Positions 45,968 to 56,379 of a DNA stretch of 64,000 nt are shown here, piece by piece. How positions within the stretch are numbered: the first letter of the stretch is position 1; every line of letters begins with the position of its first letter. Made by a program: the position numbers and the translations under genes. Origin of the DNA: Polyangiaceae bacterium (GTDB taxonomy: Bacteria; Myxococcota_A; Polyangia; Polyangiales; Polyangiaceae); NCBI GenBank assembly GCA_033763455.1, contig JANRKO010000033.1, positions 128,001 through 192,000 of the forward strand, in the 5' to 3' direction. The notes under the pieces were generated by a model, which saw only the letters and a list, made by a program, of their open reading frames with translations, did no database searches and was not told the origin of the DNA.

Positions 45968-46639
45968 TCAGAAATACTTTTCCAAAAACACAGCCTCCTC
46001 CGTGGAGAGCGACGCCTCACCCGTGATCATCGCCACGGATGGCAAGAACCGCTGGTGCTCTCCGCTGAGCTCCCTAAACCCATGCCGCGCGTAGAACGCC
46101 GGATTCACCTCGCAAAAGAGCATAAAGCGAACGCTCTCCTCTTGAAAACGCAGGAGCTCCATTACCGCACGCACCAAGCGCGACGCGTGCCCGCAGCCAC
46201 GATGTTCAGGCGTCGTGGCAACCGATGCAATACCAACTAACCCCTGTCGAAAACGCAAAGTATTGAGCGAGGAAAGTGGAGTACCGTTCAAGTCTTCAAG
46301 TAAGTATCGAGTCCCACGCTGGTGATTCAAGCTCTGCTCGTAACTTGCAACAAACTCATCAAGGGTCCGCCCCTCGCTCCAGGCATCGTAACCAAAACGC
46401 AACACGGTGGCATTATCTTCTGGTTGGACGACACGCACATGCGCGATCGGCGCGAAACGTTCACCACCATCGTCCAACCGCCCCTCAAACATCGCCTGCG
46501 GGCGCACCCAATTGCCAGAGGGTGGGTCGCCGTACAAGCAGCGGTACACCACCAGCTGTGACGTATCTTCGGAGTGAACTGCGACGCCAAGTCGCAGGTA
46601 GTCTCGGCCCTTATAGTGGCGATACAGCGTCCAGCTCAT
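45968..46639 (-). CDS. DUF1653 + GNAT N-acetyltransferase fusion
   Basis: YRHYKG..Y....A.HSE....VVYRCLYG....WVRP..MF (DUF1653); IASVAT.PEHRGCGHAS and FYARHGF (GNAT). Confidence 0.85.
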   Translation of the reverse strand: MSWTLYRHYKGRDYLRLGVAVHSEDTSQLVVYRCLYGDPPSGNWVRPQAMFEGRLDDGGERFAPIAHVRVVQPEDNATVLRFGYDAWSEGRTLDEFVASYEQSLNHQRGTRYLLEDLNGTPLSSLNTLRFRQGLVGIASVATTPEHRGCGHASRLVRAVMELLRFQEESVRFMLFCEVNPAFYARHGFRELSGEHQRFLPSVAMITGEASLSTEEAVFLEKYF

Positions 46640-46727
46640 GGGGCAATTAGGTCTCTGATTTCGCTTCGAAGGCAAGGGGCGGGGGAAATCGTTGACTTAG
46701 GGTCAGCCCGAGCCACACGCTCTCTGC

Positions 46728-47234
46728 ATGAGCGAACCACGCCGCCACCCAAACGTGATCAACCGGGATGAGGTCCCCGCAATGCCCCTCAACAAGGGCA
46801 AACATCAGATGAAGCTACAGCGGCTTGGTGCTGCGGCGGGCGGCTCAATGTTGGGCGCCAATCTCACCGAAGTTGCCCCCGGCGGCATCAGCTTTCCGTT
46901 CCATTACCACTGCGCCACCGAAGAAGCGCTGTACGTAATTCGAGGTTCAGGAACCGCGCGCATCGGCGCCGAACGAATCGCCGTGCGCGAAGGGGATTAC
47001 CTAGCTTTCCCGCCAGGTGCGGACCACCCCCACCAGATGATCAACGATGGGCAGGAATCGCTCGTCTATCTCTGTGTTTCGGCCTCAGTGCAGAAAGTCG
47101 ACGTTGTGGGCTACCCCGATTCTAAGAAGGTAGCCGCCACTGCCGGCGCGTTCGAAAAACCCATCCACCGCTTCATCGCTCGCCAAGGCGACACCCTGGA
47201 CTATTGGGAAGGCGAACCCGGCGCTACGGAGTGA
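46728..47234 (+). CDS. cupin-domain protein
   Basis: FHYHCATEEALYVIRGSG, FPPG..HPHQMIN, YPDSKK, DYWEGE. Confidence 0.9.
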   Translation: MSEPRRHPNVINRDEVPAMPLNKGKHQMKLQRLGAAAGGSMLGANLTEVAPGGISFPFHYHCATEEALYVIRGSGTARIGAERIAVREGDYLAFPPGADHPHQMINDGQESLVYLCVSASVQKVDVVGYPDSKKVAATAGAFEKPIHRFIARQGDTLDYWEGEPGATE

Positions 47235-47400
47235 GGCTCACCCCTTAACGCACAGCACTTGCTTGAGCGTGTGCACCACATCAACGAGATCACGATCACA
47301 CTGCCGACTGTGGCACGATTCGGCATGAATTACCCGTCCGGATCCCTGTCCCGGAAGCCTTAGGGTAGTTGGCGGGGAGCTGATTTGGTAGGGAGCCGCC

Positions 47401-48003
47401 ATGAAGGAAATGTTCCGAGCGCCACCCGAGCAACGGCGGCTTGTTGGCTTGTTGCTCGGCGCCCTTGCGCTTGGAAGCTGTACTCGCTTCGAGCAAGTAA
47501 GGGATGTCAATTGGTTGGGCGACGATGAGCGCGTGGTCGTGGGGGAACTCTTGATTGAGGGCACAGGCCCGGTGCGCGGCGCGCTCCTTTTCGCTAGCGA
47601 GGAGGATTACGAAACTGGAAAGTCGGCGTATCGCCTCAACGGCTTGGATCCCGCCGTGGTGCAGTATGGAGGGATCTTCAGTGTTCGAGCCGGTGGCGAA
47701 GCTTTCTACATGGTGGGGCTGGGTAGCGACCGAGCATCGCTGACTCGAGTGCCTAGGTCGGGGGGAGATCAAGGCTCGGTGAGTTTGCGTATCCCACCAG
47801 GCATCGGCTCTTGCGAGTACGTGGGCACGATTCGACTGAAGCAGTTGGCGGCGGTGATCAGCCCTACGACCCCGTACCAATCCGTAACACACTACGAAGT
47901 CGATCTAGTCGATAACTTCGAGTTTGGAAGCACTCGCATTCAGCGTGGCATCGCAAACTGCCACCTTGTTTCAAACGTTGGTTCCTTGGTGAAGAACCGA
48001 TGA
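47401..48003 (+). CDS. hypothetical lipoprotein
   Basis: ggag SD, lipobox LGS-C; 4-nt overlap with the next gene. Confidence 0.65.
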   Translation: MKEMFRAPPEQRRLVGLLLGALALGSCTRFEQVRDVNWLGDDERVVVGELLIEGTGPVRGALLFASEEDYETGKSAYRLNGLDPAVVQYGGIFSVRAGGEAFYMVGLGSDRASLTRVPRSGGDQGSVSLRIPPGIGSCEYVGTIRLKQLAAVISPTTPYQSVTHYEVDLVDNFEFGSTRIQRGIANCHLVSNVGSLVKNR

Positions 48004-48908
48004 GCAAAAGAACTTGGCGAGCACTGGCGTGTAGCGTGTTGGTCATTGCCCTGTGGGATCGGCGTGCCCGAGCCGAATCGGAAGCAGAACCCAGCACTTC
48101 CGCGAGCTCGCAGCCGAGCGAATCGACCCCACCCGTTCCCGTGCCGCCATTAGATGACACGGGGTGGGATGTGGGCTGGGAAAACATCCTAGGGGATGAA
48201 AAGCCCCAGAAGGCCAACCCCGACGCCAAGGATGAGTCGAGGCCCGAGAAGCCTAAAGAGGCGCGACAAGTTCAGGTCCGAGAGGCGCCAGAGGGTGGTG
48301 CAGTCAAGGCCCCCAATGACCTTGGCCCCATCCCCACCACGCTCACCCCCGTCGAGTATGTTCGCGGTCCACGAGCTCACGACGGTTTTTACCTAGGAGT
48401 AGGCTACGGCGTCGGTTTGTTCGATATGTCCGTCCAGGCGGGCAGGTTAAATGGCTTCTACCTATCGGGTGTAATGAAACCGTTGGAGTTGCGTATAGGA
48501 GCCACCACCCTGCCGGGATTGGTTATAGGCGCAAGTTACCTGCAGGGAAGCGTCGTCGAGCCAGAGAAACTCTCCTCCGAAGAGCGGACCCTACCTAGCC
48601 CAAAGGAGGTGAATCTCACAGGGTTTGGCTTCTTCTTGGACTTCTACCCCTGGGTAGATAAGGGGCTACACGTCAGCACCACGTTGCGTTACTGCGCGAC
48701 GGACGTGAAGGGAGATGAGGGGGATGCCGACGGTTGGGCCTATGGAGCGGGCGTTGGCTACTCGACGTGGGTCTCCAGCCAATGGAGCCTTGGTCTAGAG
48801 CTGCAAGGCGGGCGCGGCAGCTTCACGCGTACACGCGATAACTTGGACGACACAACGGAAGTAACAACGGCCCTATGGTCTCTAGCCGCCACCGCAAGCT
48901 ATCACTGA
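48000..48908 (+). CDS. exported protein with probable outer-membrane beta-barrel
   Basis: Signal peptide, Pro-rich linker, HDGFYL...G.G, amphipathic strands, SQWSLG, aromatic C-terminus (SYH). Confidence 0.7.
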   Translation: MSKRTWRALACSVLVIALWDRRARAESEAEPSTSASSQPSESTPPVPVPPLDDTGWDVGWENILGDEKPQKANPDAKDESRPEKPKEARQVQVREAPEGGAVKAPNDLGPIPTTLTPVEYVRGPRAHDGFYLGVGYGVGLFDMSVQAGRLNGFYLSGVMKPLELRIGATTLPGLVIGASYLQGSVVEPEKLSSEERTLPSPKEVNLTGFGFFLDFYPWVDKGLHVSTTLRYCATDVKGDEGDADGWAYGAGVGYSTWVSSQWSLGLELQGGRGSFTRTRDNLDDTTEVTTALWSLAATASYH

Positions 48909-48920
48909 AAGAGCGTTCCC

Positions 48921-50363
48921 TTGCCACTGCTTCTATCACAACAAAAATTCCTGCGCTTCGCCCGAAGGGTTTTGCACCCTAGCTCACTGCTCTGTTGGCT
49001 GTTGCCACTAACGCTAAGTGCCTGCGGGGCGAGCTTGCAGGCTCAGGCGGCAAAAGACTTCGGTTGTACCGAGCGCGTGAGCACCCAAACTATCAATTCA
49101 CACGTCCAATTGGTCAAAGGCTGCGGGCGCGAAGTTTATTACCATTCCACCCAATGCGGCTTCCTTAGCTCTTGCCCTTGGCGGAGTGAACTTACACTCT
49201 TGGGGGACACGGCGCGACAGTTGCTCATGTGCAACGGCCTTCTCCGGATGAAGCCTCAATCGGATAGCCTGGTCGAAGTTTCGGGCTGCGGCAGAAAGCA
49301 AGTGGTGCGGCGGGTTATCACGACGCGTGGCCTCAGTTTCGATACAGACTTGAATGACGCCCAGCCTGAAGGGCCGCAGGCTAGAGTGGCCCGCAGCAAC
49401 GCCGTACTCAACCCGCAACAGATCTTCGCAAGGTCACTCGCGTCCATCGTCCGAATCTCGACTCCTTCTGGGCAGGGTTCAGGCTTTGTCGTGGGCGCAT
49501 CTGGCCTGGTTGTCACGAGCTTGCACGTCGTAGCGGGCGAATCCGAAGTGAAGGTGGAATCGATGAGGGGAGACGAATGGCCAGTGGTGAGAATTGAAGG
49601 TTACAACCGTGATGCCGATCTGGTCGTGATTCGAACGCACGGAGAGGCGCCGGCCCTGCCGATCTCTCAAGGGCCTTACCCACCTCAGGGATCCAACATC
49701 GTAGCGATTGGCCACCCGCTGGGCCTTCAGGCAACCTTGAGCAACGGACTGATAAGTGGCGTTCGATCTTGGAAGGATGAAGTGGATGTGCTTCAGATCT
49801 CCGCGCCGATCTCACCGGGCTCGTCTGGAGGTCCAATCTTCAACGATCGTGGGGAAGTGATTGGGCTCGCTACGTTTATCTTAAAGGGCGGAGAAGGCTT
49901 GGGCTTCGCCATCCCGATTCGCTACCTCCAAGCCCTGGCAACGCACCTGAATCCAATGCCACTCAAGCAATTTGCGGCTGAGACGGTGCGCGAAGCAGAT
50001 CCGGATGAAGTTCAGCTTCCCCCGACCGTATTGGACAAGTGCCCAGCAGAAGAGCTAGCCTCAGTGTTGAAGAAGGTGGAAGGGGCACTGTCGGCGGCCG
50101 ACCCCCTGCGGGACGATAGGAACTATCAAGCAGTATATTACGTGCTGCAAGGTGCCATCGAAGAGATCACCCAGAAGCACAGCACCAAGTGTACCGAGCT
50201 TGGCACTTTCCTTGCGCGCAAGAAGAAGCAAGCGGACGACCTAGACAGCCACCTCGAGAAGGCGCTGGTGCTCGGCGTCGCCATGGAAAGCCTGCAAAGC
50301 GATCTTCGGCGCCGCACGCACGAAAAAGAAGCCGACGGCAAAGACAAGCCTAAAGCACCGTAG
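48921..50363 (+). CDS. trypsin-like (S1C) serine protease lipoprotein
   Basis: GSGFVV, TSLHVV (His), ADLVV (Asp), ISPGSSGGP (Ser), FAIP; lipobox LSA-C; no PDZ. Confidence 0.9.
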   Translation: MPLLLSQQKFLRFARRVLHPSSLLCWLLPLTLSACGASLQAQAAKDFGCTERVSTQTINSHVQLVKGCGREVYYHSTQCGFLSSCPWRSELTLLGDTARQLLMCNGLLRMKPQSDSLVEVSGCGRKQVVRRVITTRGLSFDTDLNDAQPEGPQARVARSNAVLNPQQIFARSLASIVRISTPSGQGSGFVVGASGLVVTSLHVVAGESEVKVESMRGDEWPVVRIEGYNRDADLVVIRTHGEAPALPISQGPYPPQGSNIVAIGHPLGLQATLSNGLISGVRSWKDEVDVLQISAPISPGSSGGPIFNDRGEVIGLATFILKGGEGLGFAIPIRYLQALATHLNPMPLKQFAAETVREADPDEVQLPPTVLDKCPAEELASVLKKVEGALSAADPLRDDRNYQAVYYVLQGAIEEITQKHSTKCTELGTFLARKKKQADDLDSHLEKALVLGVAMESLQSDLRRRTHEKEADGKDKPKAP

Positions 50364-51282
50364 CGCCCCACTCCCCCACCCGCACCACCTCGTGCGGCAC
50401 CTCTTCAAGCTGAAATTCCCGCAAAATTTCCCCTGGAGTCACAGGGCCTTCTGGCAAAAGCCCGCACGAGCTAGCTACCCACTGCACCACGCTGCGGGCA
50501 TCGGTGCCACGTTCTCGCAACGCCGAAAGCGAAAGAGCTCCGTGGCGTTTGGCTAAGCGTTGCCCGTTTTCGTCGACCACTAGCGGCAGGTGTACCCACT
50601 TGGGCGTATTGAGCTTCAAGGCGCTTTGCAGAAGCTGCTGCCGTGCAGCGCTCGGAAGGAGATCATCACCGCGCACTACCTCGGTCACGCCCGCTGCGGC
50701 GTCGTCCACCACCGTTGCTAGTTGGTAAGAAGCCGCGCCATCTTTGCGCAAAATCACAAAATCCCCCACCTCCGAACTCACATCGAAGGCGTGCTGGCCG
50801 GAGAAGCAATCCGTTACTTCTACGGGCCCTTCTTGCACCAAGAACCGCACGGCGGCGGCGCCCTTCTCGCGCTTGGCCGCTTCCCAAGAGCCAAAACGAC
50901 GGCGGCACGTGCCCGGGTAATGAAGCTCAGAATCTTCCGCATGGGGGGCGCTTTGTACACGTTCAATCTCTGAGCGCGAGCACACACATGGAAAAGCCAG
51001 GCCAGTTTCAGTGAGCTTCGAGGCCGCCTCAAGGTACCTTTCGCGGTTAGCGGATTGCCACTCTATGGGGCCCTCCCAAGTTAACCCAAGCCACTCCAGA
51101 TCTTGAAGTACGCGATCCGTCATGCCAGGACGCAAGCGCGTAGCGTCCAAATCATCGATGCGGAGCACCACTTTCCCACCGCGCGAGAGCGTGTACCACC
51201 AAGCGATCAAGAAGCTACGTGCGTGGCCCAGGTGCAATTCTCCCGTCGGGCTAGGAGCAAGGCGACCTACGGGCAAACTCAT
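50350..51282 (-). CDS. gluQ: glutamyl-Q tRNA(Asp) synthetase
   Basis: GRLAPSPTG.LHLGH, LRIDDLD, C.CSR, YPGTCR, YQLATVVDD, VRGDDLL, RLAKR; no anticodon-binding domain. Confidence 0.9.
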   Translation of the reverse strand: MSLPVGRLAPSPTGELHLGHARSFLIAWWYTLSRGGKVVLRIDDLDATRLRPGMTDRVLQDLEWLGLTWEGPIEWQSANRERYLEAASKLTETGLAFPCVCSRSEIERVQSAPHAEDSELHYPGTCRRRFGSWEAAKREKGAAAVRFLVQEGPVEVTDCFSGQHAFDVSSEVGDFVILRKDGAASYQLATVVDDAAAGVTEVVRGDDLLPSAARQQLLQSALKLNTPKWVHLPLVVDENGQRLAKRHGALSLSALRERGTDARSVVQWVASSCGLLPEGPVTPGEILREFQLEEVPHEVVRVGEWGATVL

Positions 51283-51872
51283 GGGCGTGAACAAGCACAC
51301 GTGGCTGCACGACCCTGGCTCCGACTCAAATCTTCGTGAGCACTCTGGCAGCGTTCACTCTGGGCGCCCAAGATACGGCAAATTCCGTTCGTGGCCCGCT
51401 CCATCGAGCCGAGAGCGCGGCATATACGCTCACAGCGTGACTGCTCTGAATCCGCCTTCTTTTCTCTCTGGGAGGCTTCATGCGAGGCTGCCACTGAAGC
51501 GCTTGCCCTGGGTGCGGCAGCTTTCGGAGCACTCGGAGCAGTCGCTTCACTCCTCATGGCGGCACTGCCCATCGCATCCGAAGAGGAAGGCGCCGCTGGC
51601 TCATCCCGCATCGCCAAAGTGAGCTCATCAAGCTCACGGCGAGCTAGGTCGAACGCTTCGGTGGCTTGAGCAATATCCTGGAACTCTTCGGCACCCGATC
51701 CCGGCTGCGCTTGAGATGCAGGCATTGCGTGAGGGGCGGCGGCAGGCGCCACCTCGGGCTCGCCTGCCCCCTTGCGTTCAGCAGCGCACGCAGTGAAACC
51801 AAGTGAAACGATGCCGGCTAAGAAGCCCAGACACCAACGCTCACTCTGCCTAGTACCCGACGTTTTGCGCAT
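51279..51872 (-). CDS. hypothetical lipoprotein with Cys-containing helical C-terminus
   Basis: Lipobox FTA-C; CERICRALGSM.RA...ICR......RC; ATGA overlap with the gluQ start. Confidence 0.65.
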   Translation of the reverse strand: MRKTSGTRQSERWCLGFLAGIVSLGFTACAAERKGAGEPEVAPAAAPHAMPASQAQPGSGAEEFQDIAQATEAFDLARRELDELTLAMRDEPAAPSSSDAMGSAAMRSEATAPSAPKAAAPRASASVAASHEASQREKKADSEQSRCERICRALGSMERATNGICRILGAQSERCQSAHEDLSRSQGRAATCACSRP

Positions 51873-51918
51873 ACGCTCGGACAAAGCTTGCCGAAAACAC
51901 CCGGCTGAGACAAGCCGC

Positions 51919-52758
51919 TCAAGGCTCGGCAATGATGTACGCAAGCCAACCTGGCTGATTCTCTGCCACCTTGCGCGGCCGATAATCCTCAACGTCGTCG
52001 TTGTCGCTCACGTCCCAATACACGGTTACCTTCGAAAAACCGGCTTCAAGCAGGAGCTCCTGAAGCTCCGGAAGCGTCCAGTGGCGCCAGGTGTAGGAAA
52101 AGGCTTCGTTCAGGCGGGTGCCATCCGGGAACTCAAAATGGATGTGATTGACCGCGATGCCGTTGATGGGATCAAAGGAATCCTGATCCCAAATATACTT
52201 GAAACCTTTAACCGTGCGCATCTCACTCATGAGTTGGTTGGCCTCCCAACCACCAAAGGCATCGAGAATAAGGAGGCCATCTCGATTGAGGCCCGCGCGC
52301 GCTGTCTTGAAGTAGTTGCGTAGGCTTGGCCGATCCTGAAAAATCCAATAGCTGAAGTTAAAGCCGCAGATGATGTCGTGTTTGCGGCGCACCGCCTTCA
52401 TCACATTCTGCGCCAGAAGCTGAACGCGCTCGGCAGGCTCTCCGAGCGGAAGAATGTTGTGCTGCTTGCCCCACCCGAGCACCTCTTTATCGATGTCGAT
52501 ACCGGTGGCTGTGTTTTGAGGGTTTGCCTTCACCCACTCAGCACACAGGAGCGCAGTGCCACAGAAATCTTCCCGCAAAGAAAGCGGTGCACGCGCACGA
52601 TGTTTGCGGAACATACGCGTCAGCACCCGTACCTCTTCCTTCGGATCCTGCACCGACTGCTGATAGAGCGCATGGCGGTCCGCCGTTTTCGCTGTGAGGC
52701 GGGGTTTCTTCTTGGATTTCTTTTGCGCGCGAGGGGCGGTTTTTTTCTTGATTGCCAC
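51919..52758 (-). CDS. class I SAM-dependent methyltransferase
   Basis: aagga SD and GTG start; LYQQSVQ, LREDFCGTA, GIDID, FNFSY, WTLPEL..LL.EAGF. Confidence 0.85.
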   Translation of the reverse strand: MAIKKKTAPRAQKKSKKKPRLTAKTADRHALYQQSVQDPKEEVRVLTRMFRKHRARAPLSLREDFCGTALLCAEWVKANPQNTATGIDIDKEVLGWGKQHNILPLGEPAERVQLLAQNVMKAVRRKHDIICGFNFSYWIFQDRPSLRNYFKTARAGLNRDGLLILDAFGGWEANQLMSEMRTVKGFKYIWDQDSFDPINGIAVNHIHFEFPDGTRLNEAFSYTWRHWTLPELQELLLEAGFSKVTVYWDVSDNDDVEDYRPRKVAENQPGWLAYIIAEP

Positions 52759-52880
52759 GAGGTTTCCTTAGCTAAACAGGCTGGTAGGTACTCGCCCACG
52801 CAGGGCTTGGCAATGGTTGGATGGCTCAGCCGCGAAGCGGGCATTGGCGAGCTTGTTTGCGCTGTGCTGGCTCTGCTCGC

Positions 52881-54146
52881 TTAACGCTGATGAAGCTTCG
52901 CAAGCGTTGCGCAATCGGCCAAAAGGGCCCATGTTTCGCGATCCGCCACATAAGAAAACAACACTTTCCCTGCGTTTTCAGCAAAAGAAACATTGGAAAA
53001 GACCCTGGCATTGGCGAGCGTGAAGGCGCCTCCGAGCTCGCTCCCATCGAAAGACCGCAATTGCAGCTGCTCCGGAGAACGCGGCGCATCATCCACCGGC
53101 AGCACCGTTAGCAGAAAATTTACTCCGCACACTTTGGCTACTGCAAAGGGCGCAGGATCTAACCCGTTAGCGTAGAGCGTCCAGGAGAGGGGCGTAGTCG
53201 TAGTGGGGGCATCACCGAGCGCCAAACGCGCCAACCCAAACGTCGAGCTATCTCGCTCAATGGGCACAAACGCAAACAGGCCTTTGGGGCTATTTCCAAG
53301 GTGCACCTCCGTCATTGGTTGAGCGGTACCGCTCACCCAAACCACCACATCGGGCCCGAGCTCCACCTTATTTCCAGCACCCGAAACCAAGCGGGCATGC
53401 AGCGGGCTCATACCCGTGCGAGATTCCAAATAGACCACCCACACGCGCTCGCCGCTCTCTGCAATACTCACAGTATTGGCGGTGCTGCCGTCAGGAGATA
53501 ATAACAGATTACCGCTCTTCTCCGTCCAAAGCCGGGCCACAAGGCCATCCGTCCCCGCAATTTTCCCTATGTAAGCAACCAAAAGCTGCCCACGGTAGCG
53601 AACCACTTGCACTCGAGTGCCATTCCGAGCGTCAGTCGCCAACACTTCCGGTGCGCTTCGGGAGGCCACACGCGCGCGCAGCAGCCTGCCGCTGGAAACC
53701 CAATAGGCCATTCCATCCACCACAGCAGGCCCACGCCCAATGGACACGAAGTTCTCCTTGGGCTCAGCTATCGACGAAAGCGTATTGCCCGTGAGTTTTG
53801 CCAACAGCACGCGCTCTTCGACTGTGACCATCACCACGCCTTCTTTGGCGGCAGTGGCAGGCCCCGCCGGCCCCACCTCAAACAGACGTGTCCCCTTCAA
53901 CGGCAGTTCGACGGCCCGTGATGGCTCGTCCACAGCTTCAAGCGGCGGGGGCAGCGCTTTCACCACTTCAGGCAGCTTTGGTTTTTTTGGCACCACTTGC
54001 GCCCCAGGGAGCGCACCGGTGTCCCGGGGCGGCGCTTGCGTGCTCGCGGATTCAGGAGCGCTTCGACACGCACCACTCGACACACCGCTCACAAGCGCGG
54101 GCAAAAGGCATATGAGCCGCGCATGTTTGCAATATCTGGCAGCCAC
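52881..54146 (-). CDS. hypothetical exported/lipoprotein, beta-rich
   Basis: Long ORF with lipobox-like SGA-C and Pro-rich linker; start uncertain. Confidence 0.6.
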   Translation of the reverse strand: MAARYCKHARLICLLPALVSGVSSGACRSAPESASTQAPPRDTGALPGAQVVPKKPKLPEVVKALPPPLEAVDEPSRAVELPLKGTRLFEVGPAGPATAAKEGVVMVTVEERVLLAKLTGNTLSSIAEPKENFVSIGRGPAVVDGMAYWVSSGRLLRARVASRSAPEVLATDARNGTRVQVVRYRGQLLVAYIGKIAGTDGLVARLWTEKSGNLLLSPDGSTANTVSIAESGERVWVVYLESRTGMSPLHARLVSGAGNKVELGPDVVVWVSGTAQPMTEVHLGNSPKGLFAFVPIERDSSTFGLARLALGDAPTTTTPLSWTLYANGLDPAPFAVAKVCGVNFLLTVLPVDDAPRSPEQLQLRSFDGSELGGAFTLANARVFSNVSFAENAGKVLFSYVADRETWALLADCATLAKLHQR

Positions 54147-54244
54147 CGAACAAGCACCCTGCGCCCAAGGCGCGGATACATCAAGATGGAATTTCCCGGT
54201 GGGGTGATCTGCGCGGGAAAGCCTTGGCTAAGGTCGCTCTACTT

Positions 54245-55744
54245 CTAGGCCCGGATTTCGGAAATTGCGCCCCTGCTAATCATCGGATCACCGAAGTTCG
54301 CATCGGGCAGGCCATACGCGTTCAAGATCGTGGTCAAAAGATCGTTGATGTAGCGCATGTTCGTTGGATCGAACTCTGGAATCGGATCAGTAGTTAGCGA
54401 ATTGCTATCGATGATCCTAATATGCCGGCCAGTCTTGAAGTACTTGTTGAGATTGCCAAGCAATACGAGCGGAATGTTGATGCTCGCGTGGCTGTTGCCC
54501 TGACCCATATTGGTGGTCCAAAGCAGGAGCGTGTTGTCGTAGACGGCATGCTGCTTGAGCTTCTCTTGCAGCTTGAATACCTGCCCGGCGTTCCACGCGC
54601 CAACGTTAATGAAATTCTGAACATCCTCCCACCAGCTCATGGAGCCAGGATCATTTGGGTCCATCTCGTAAGGCACCTGCCCAGGAGTGAGCCAAATGTG
54701 CGAGAGATCGTGCCAACGTGCTCGTTGCCCTGGGATCCAGGTGAACACTAGGTTGTTCCCTTCTTCGTTCATTTGAAACGTGATTATGCGTGTGAGGTCG
54801 CAGGCAAAAGCCATTGCGCCCAGGTCCATCATTACGTCGGCAATTTGGGGCTGCAAGGCTAAGTATTGCTCGTTGATCTCGCCGTTAGTTGGAAAAAGAT
54901 CCGCCGGGTAAGCCGGGGTCATGCACGAAACCGTGGGTTGGGAAACAATATCGATGCGTTGTTCTACACTGCGAAAAGCCTCAAGGTACTGGTCGAGCTT
55001 CTGCCGATCCAAGGTGCTGAGCGATGGTCTCAACGTTTCTGCGTGTTGAATCGCCGCGTCCAAAACTGACTTCTGACGCGCGCGCAGCATGTCGGCCGAA
55101 AAGGTGGGTGCCGTCGCTGCGGGCGCCACTACTTGGGAGCTCGGAAAAAGCTTGTTGAAAACGTTGCGCGGGTTCTCCATTGCGGGAACAGACTGGCCTT
55201 TGTCAATCCACGACACGGCACTCTTGGTTCCCGCTGCCGTAACGATCACGCCAAGCTGGAGGTTCGGAAATCGCATGGTCTTGTCGTGGCCAAGTTGTTT
55301 CGCGAGGTAGTGATCGAGCGAAATGCCTCCGCCGGTAACTTCGGTGTCGCTGATCTCGAGCGGCTCGTACCCATTCAAAATGCTGCAGTAACCGTCGTGG
55401 TTAGAGCCAGCGTTCTGCAACCCCTCCAGAATGAGCATTTCACTCCGCACCGACTCGAGTGGCTTGAGGGTCTCGGTGAATTCGAAGTTAGGGTTGTCGA
55501 GGGGGCCAACACCAGATCGCGGATACAGGTCGATCGTACCCGACCGCTTGTCGTATTGGGACTTACCAGGTTCCGGTGGCCAGAAGGCATCCCCAAACAT
55601 CGAGAAAGGCTGGTGATAGGTGATAAAGCGCGGTGGCGACACTGCCTGAGCACTCGCCACTCGCATACCCTCGAGCAATGGCAGGGCTATCATGCAGCCT
55701 GCACCGCCTTGAAGTAAGGTTCGTCTCGATATTTTTCGACGCAT
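54245..55744 (-). CDS. DUF1552 (HXXSHH) family Tat-exported protein
   Basis: ISRRTLLQG...LPLLE, SLDHYLA, NPR.VF.KLF, KSVLD, DRQKLDQY...R.VEQRI, AFACDLTR, WHDLSH. Confidence 0.9.
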   Translation of the reverse strand: MRRKISRRTLLQGGAGCMIALPLLEGMRVASAQAVSPPRFITYHQPFSMFGDAFWPPEPGKSQYDKRSGTIDLYPRSGVGPLDNPNFEFTETLKPLESVRSEMLILEGLQNAGSNHDGYCSILNGYEPLEISDTEVTGGGISLDHYLAKQLGHDKTMRFPNLQLGVIVTAAGTKSAVSWIDKGQSVPAMENPRNVFNKLFPSSQVVAPAATAPTFSADMLRARQKSVLDAAIQHAETLRPSLSTLDRQKLDQYLEAFRSVEQRIDIVSQPTVSCMTPAYPADLFPTNGEINEQYLALQPQIADVMMDLGAMAFACDLTRIITFQMNEEGNNLVFTWIPGQRARWHDLSHIWLTPGQVPYEMDPNDPGSMSWWEDVQNFINVGAWNAGQVFKLQEKLKQHAVYDNTLLLWTTNMGQGNSHASINIPLVLLGNLNKYFKTGRHIRIIDSNSLTTDPIPEFDPTNMRYINDLLTTILNAYGLPDANFGDPMISRGAISEIRA

Positions 55745-56379
55745 GACAACTCCTGAACCTGCGATTCGGCGCTTGCACGAAGCGCCGCTAGAGAACAAGG
55801 ATGCCGGAAACTGGCCTCTTTGCTAGTCCCAAGTGTGCAACTTGTGTCAGCCTTCAGCCTGAACGCAACATGCGTGCGGCGCTGCAATTCAAGCAGTCGC
55901 GGGCTGCCATGCCCCCAGGTGCGGCACAACTTTGTACCAGTGCACTGCGTTGAGATTCGAACGCTCATGCTCTCGCGCGGCCCACAAGGTCGGCGCTGCG
56001 TCAACGCTGACCATGGGAGACACCCAATGCCGCATTCAATCACCGTCGCAACGCCGTGGGCCAAGCGCTCGTCTCCAAGAACCGAATCGCCCGGATCCCC
56101 ATAGGTTTCAAGCGCTGCTTCGCGGGTTCGGGCAGCAGCACGGATGTTTGCTTCAACGACAGGAAGGATCTCCACGTCGCCCACTGTTGATCAAGCTTTC
56201 CACCGGCACGCGAAGCCTGCCACGCGCCACTTGGGTCGGAGGCTCTTGCCGGTTTCACCGTTGTCCTGGTGATATGGCCACGCGAAAACGCCATTGCCAC
56301 GCGGTGTATGTTAGCATCTAGGTCGCGAGCTCGCGGCTCTTGCTCCAGCCCGAGAGATCTCGTGATAAGAGGCAACGCA

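Noticed and set aside
45323..46240. 305-aa EPP-repeat ORF on + strand
   Set aside because: Antisense shadow of the GGS-repeat lipoprotein and the GNAT gene
47311..47326. Possible sigma-54 promoter tggcacgattcggcat upstream of the 47401 lipoprotein
   Set aside because: GG and GC are separated by 9 nt rather than the required 10, and the TTGC element is absent
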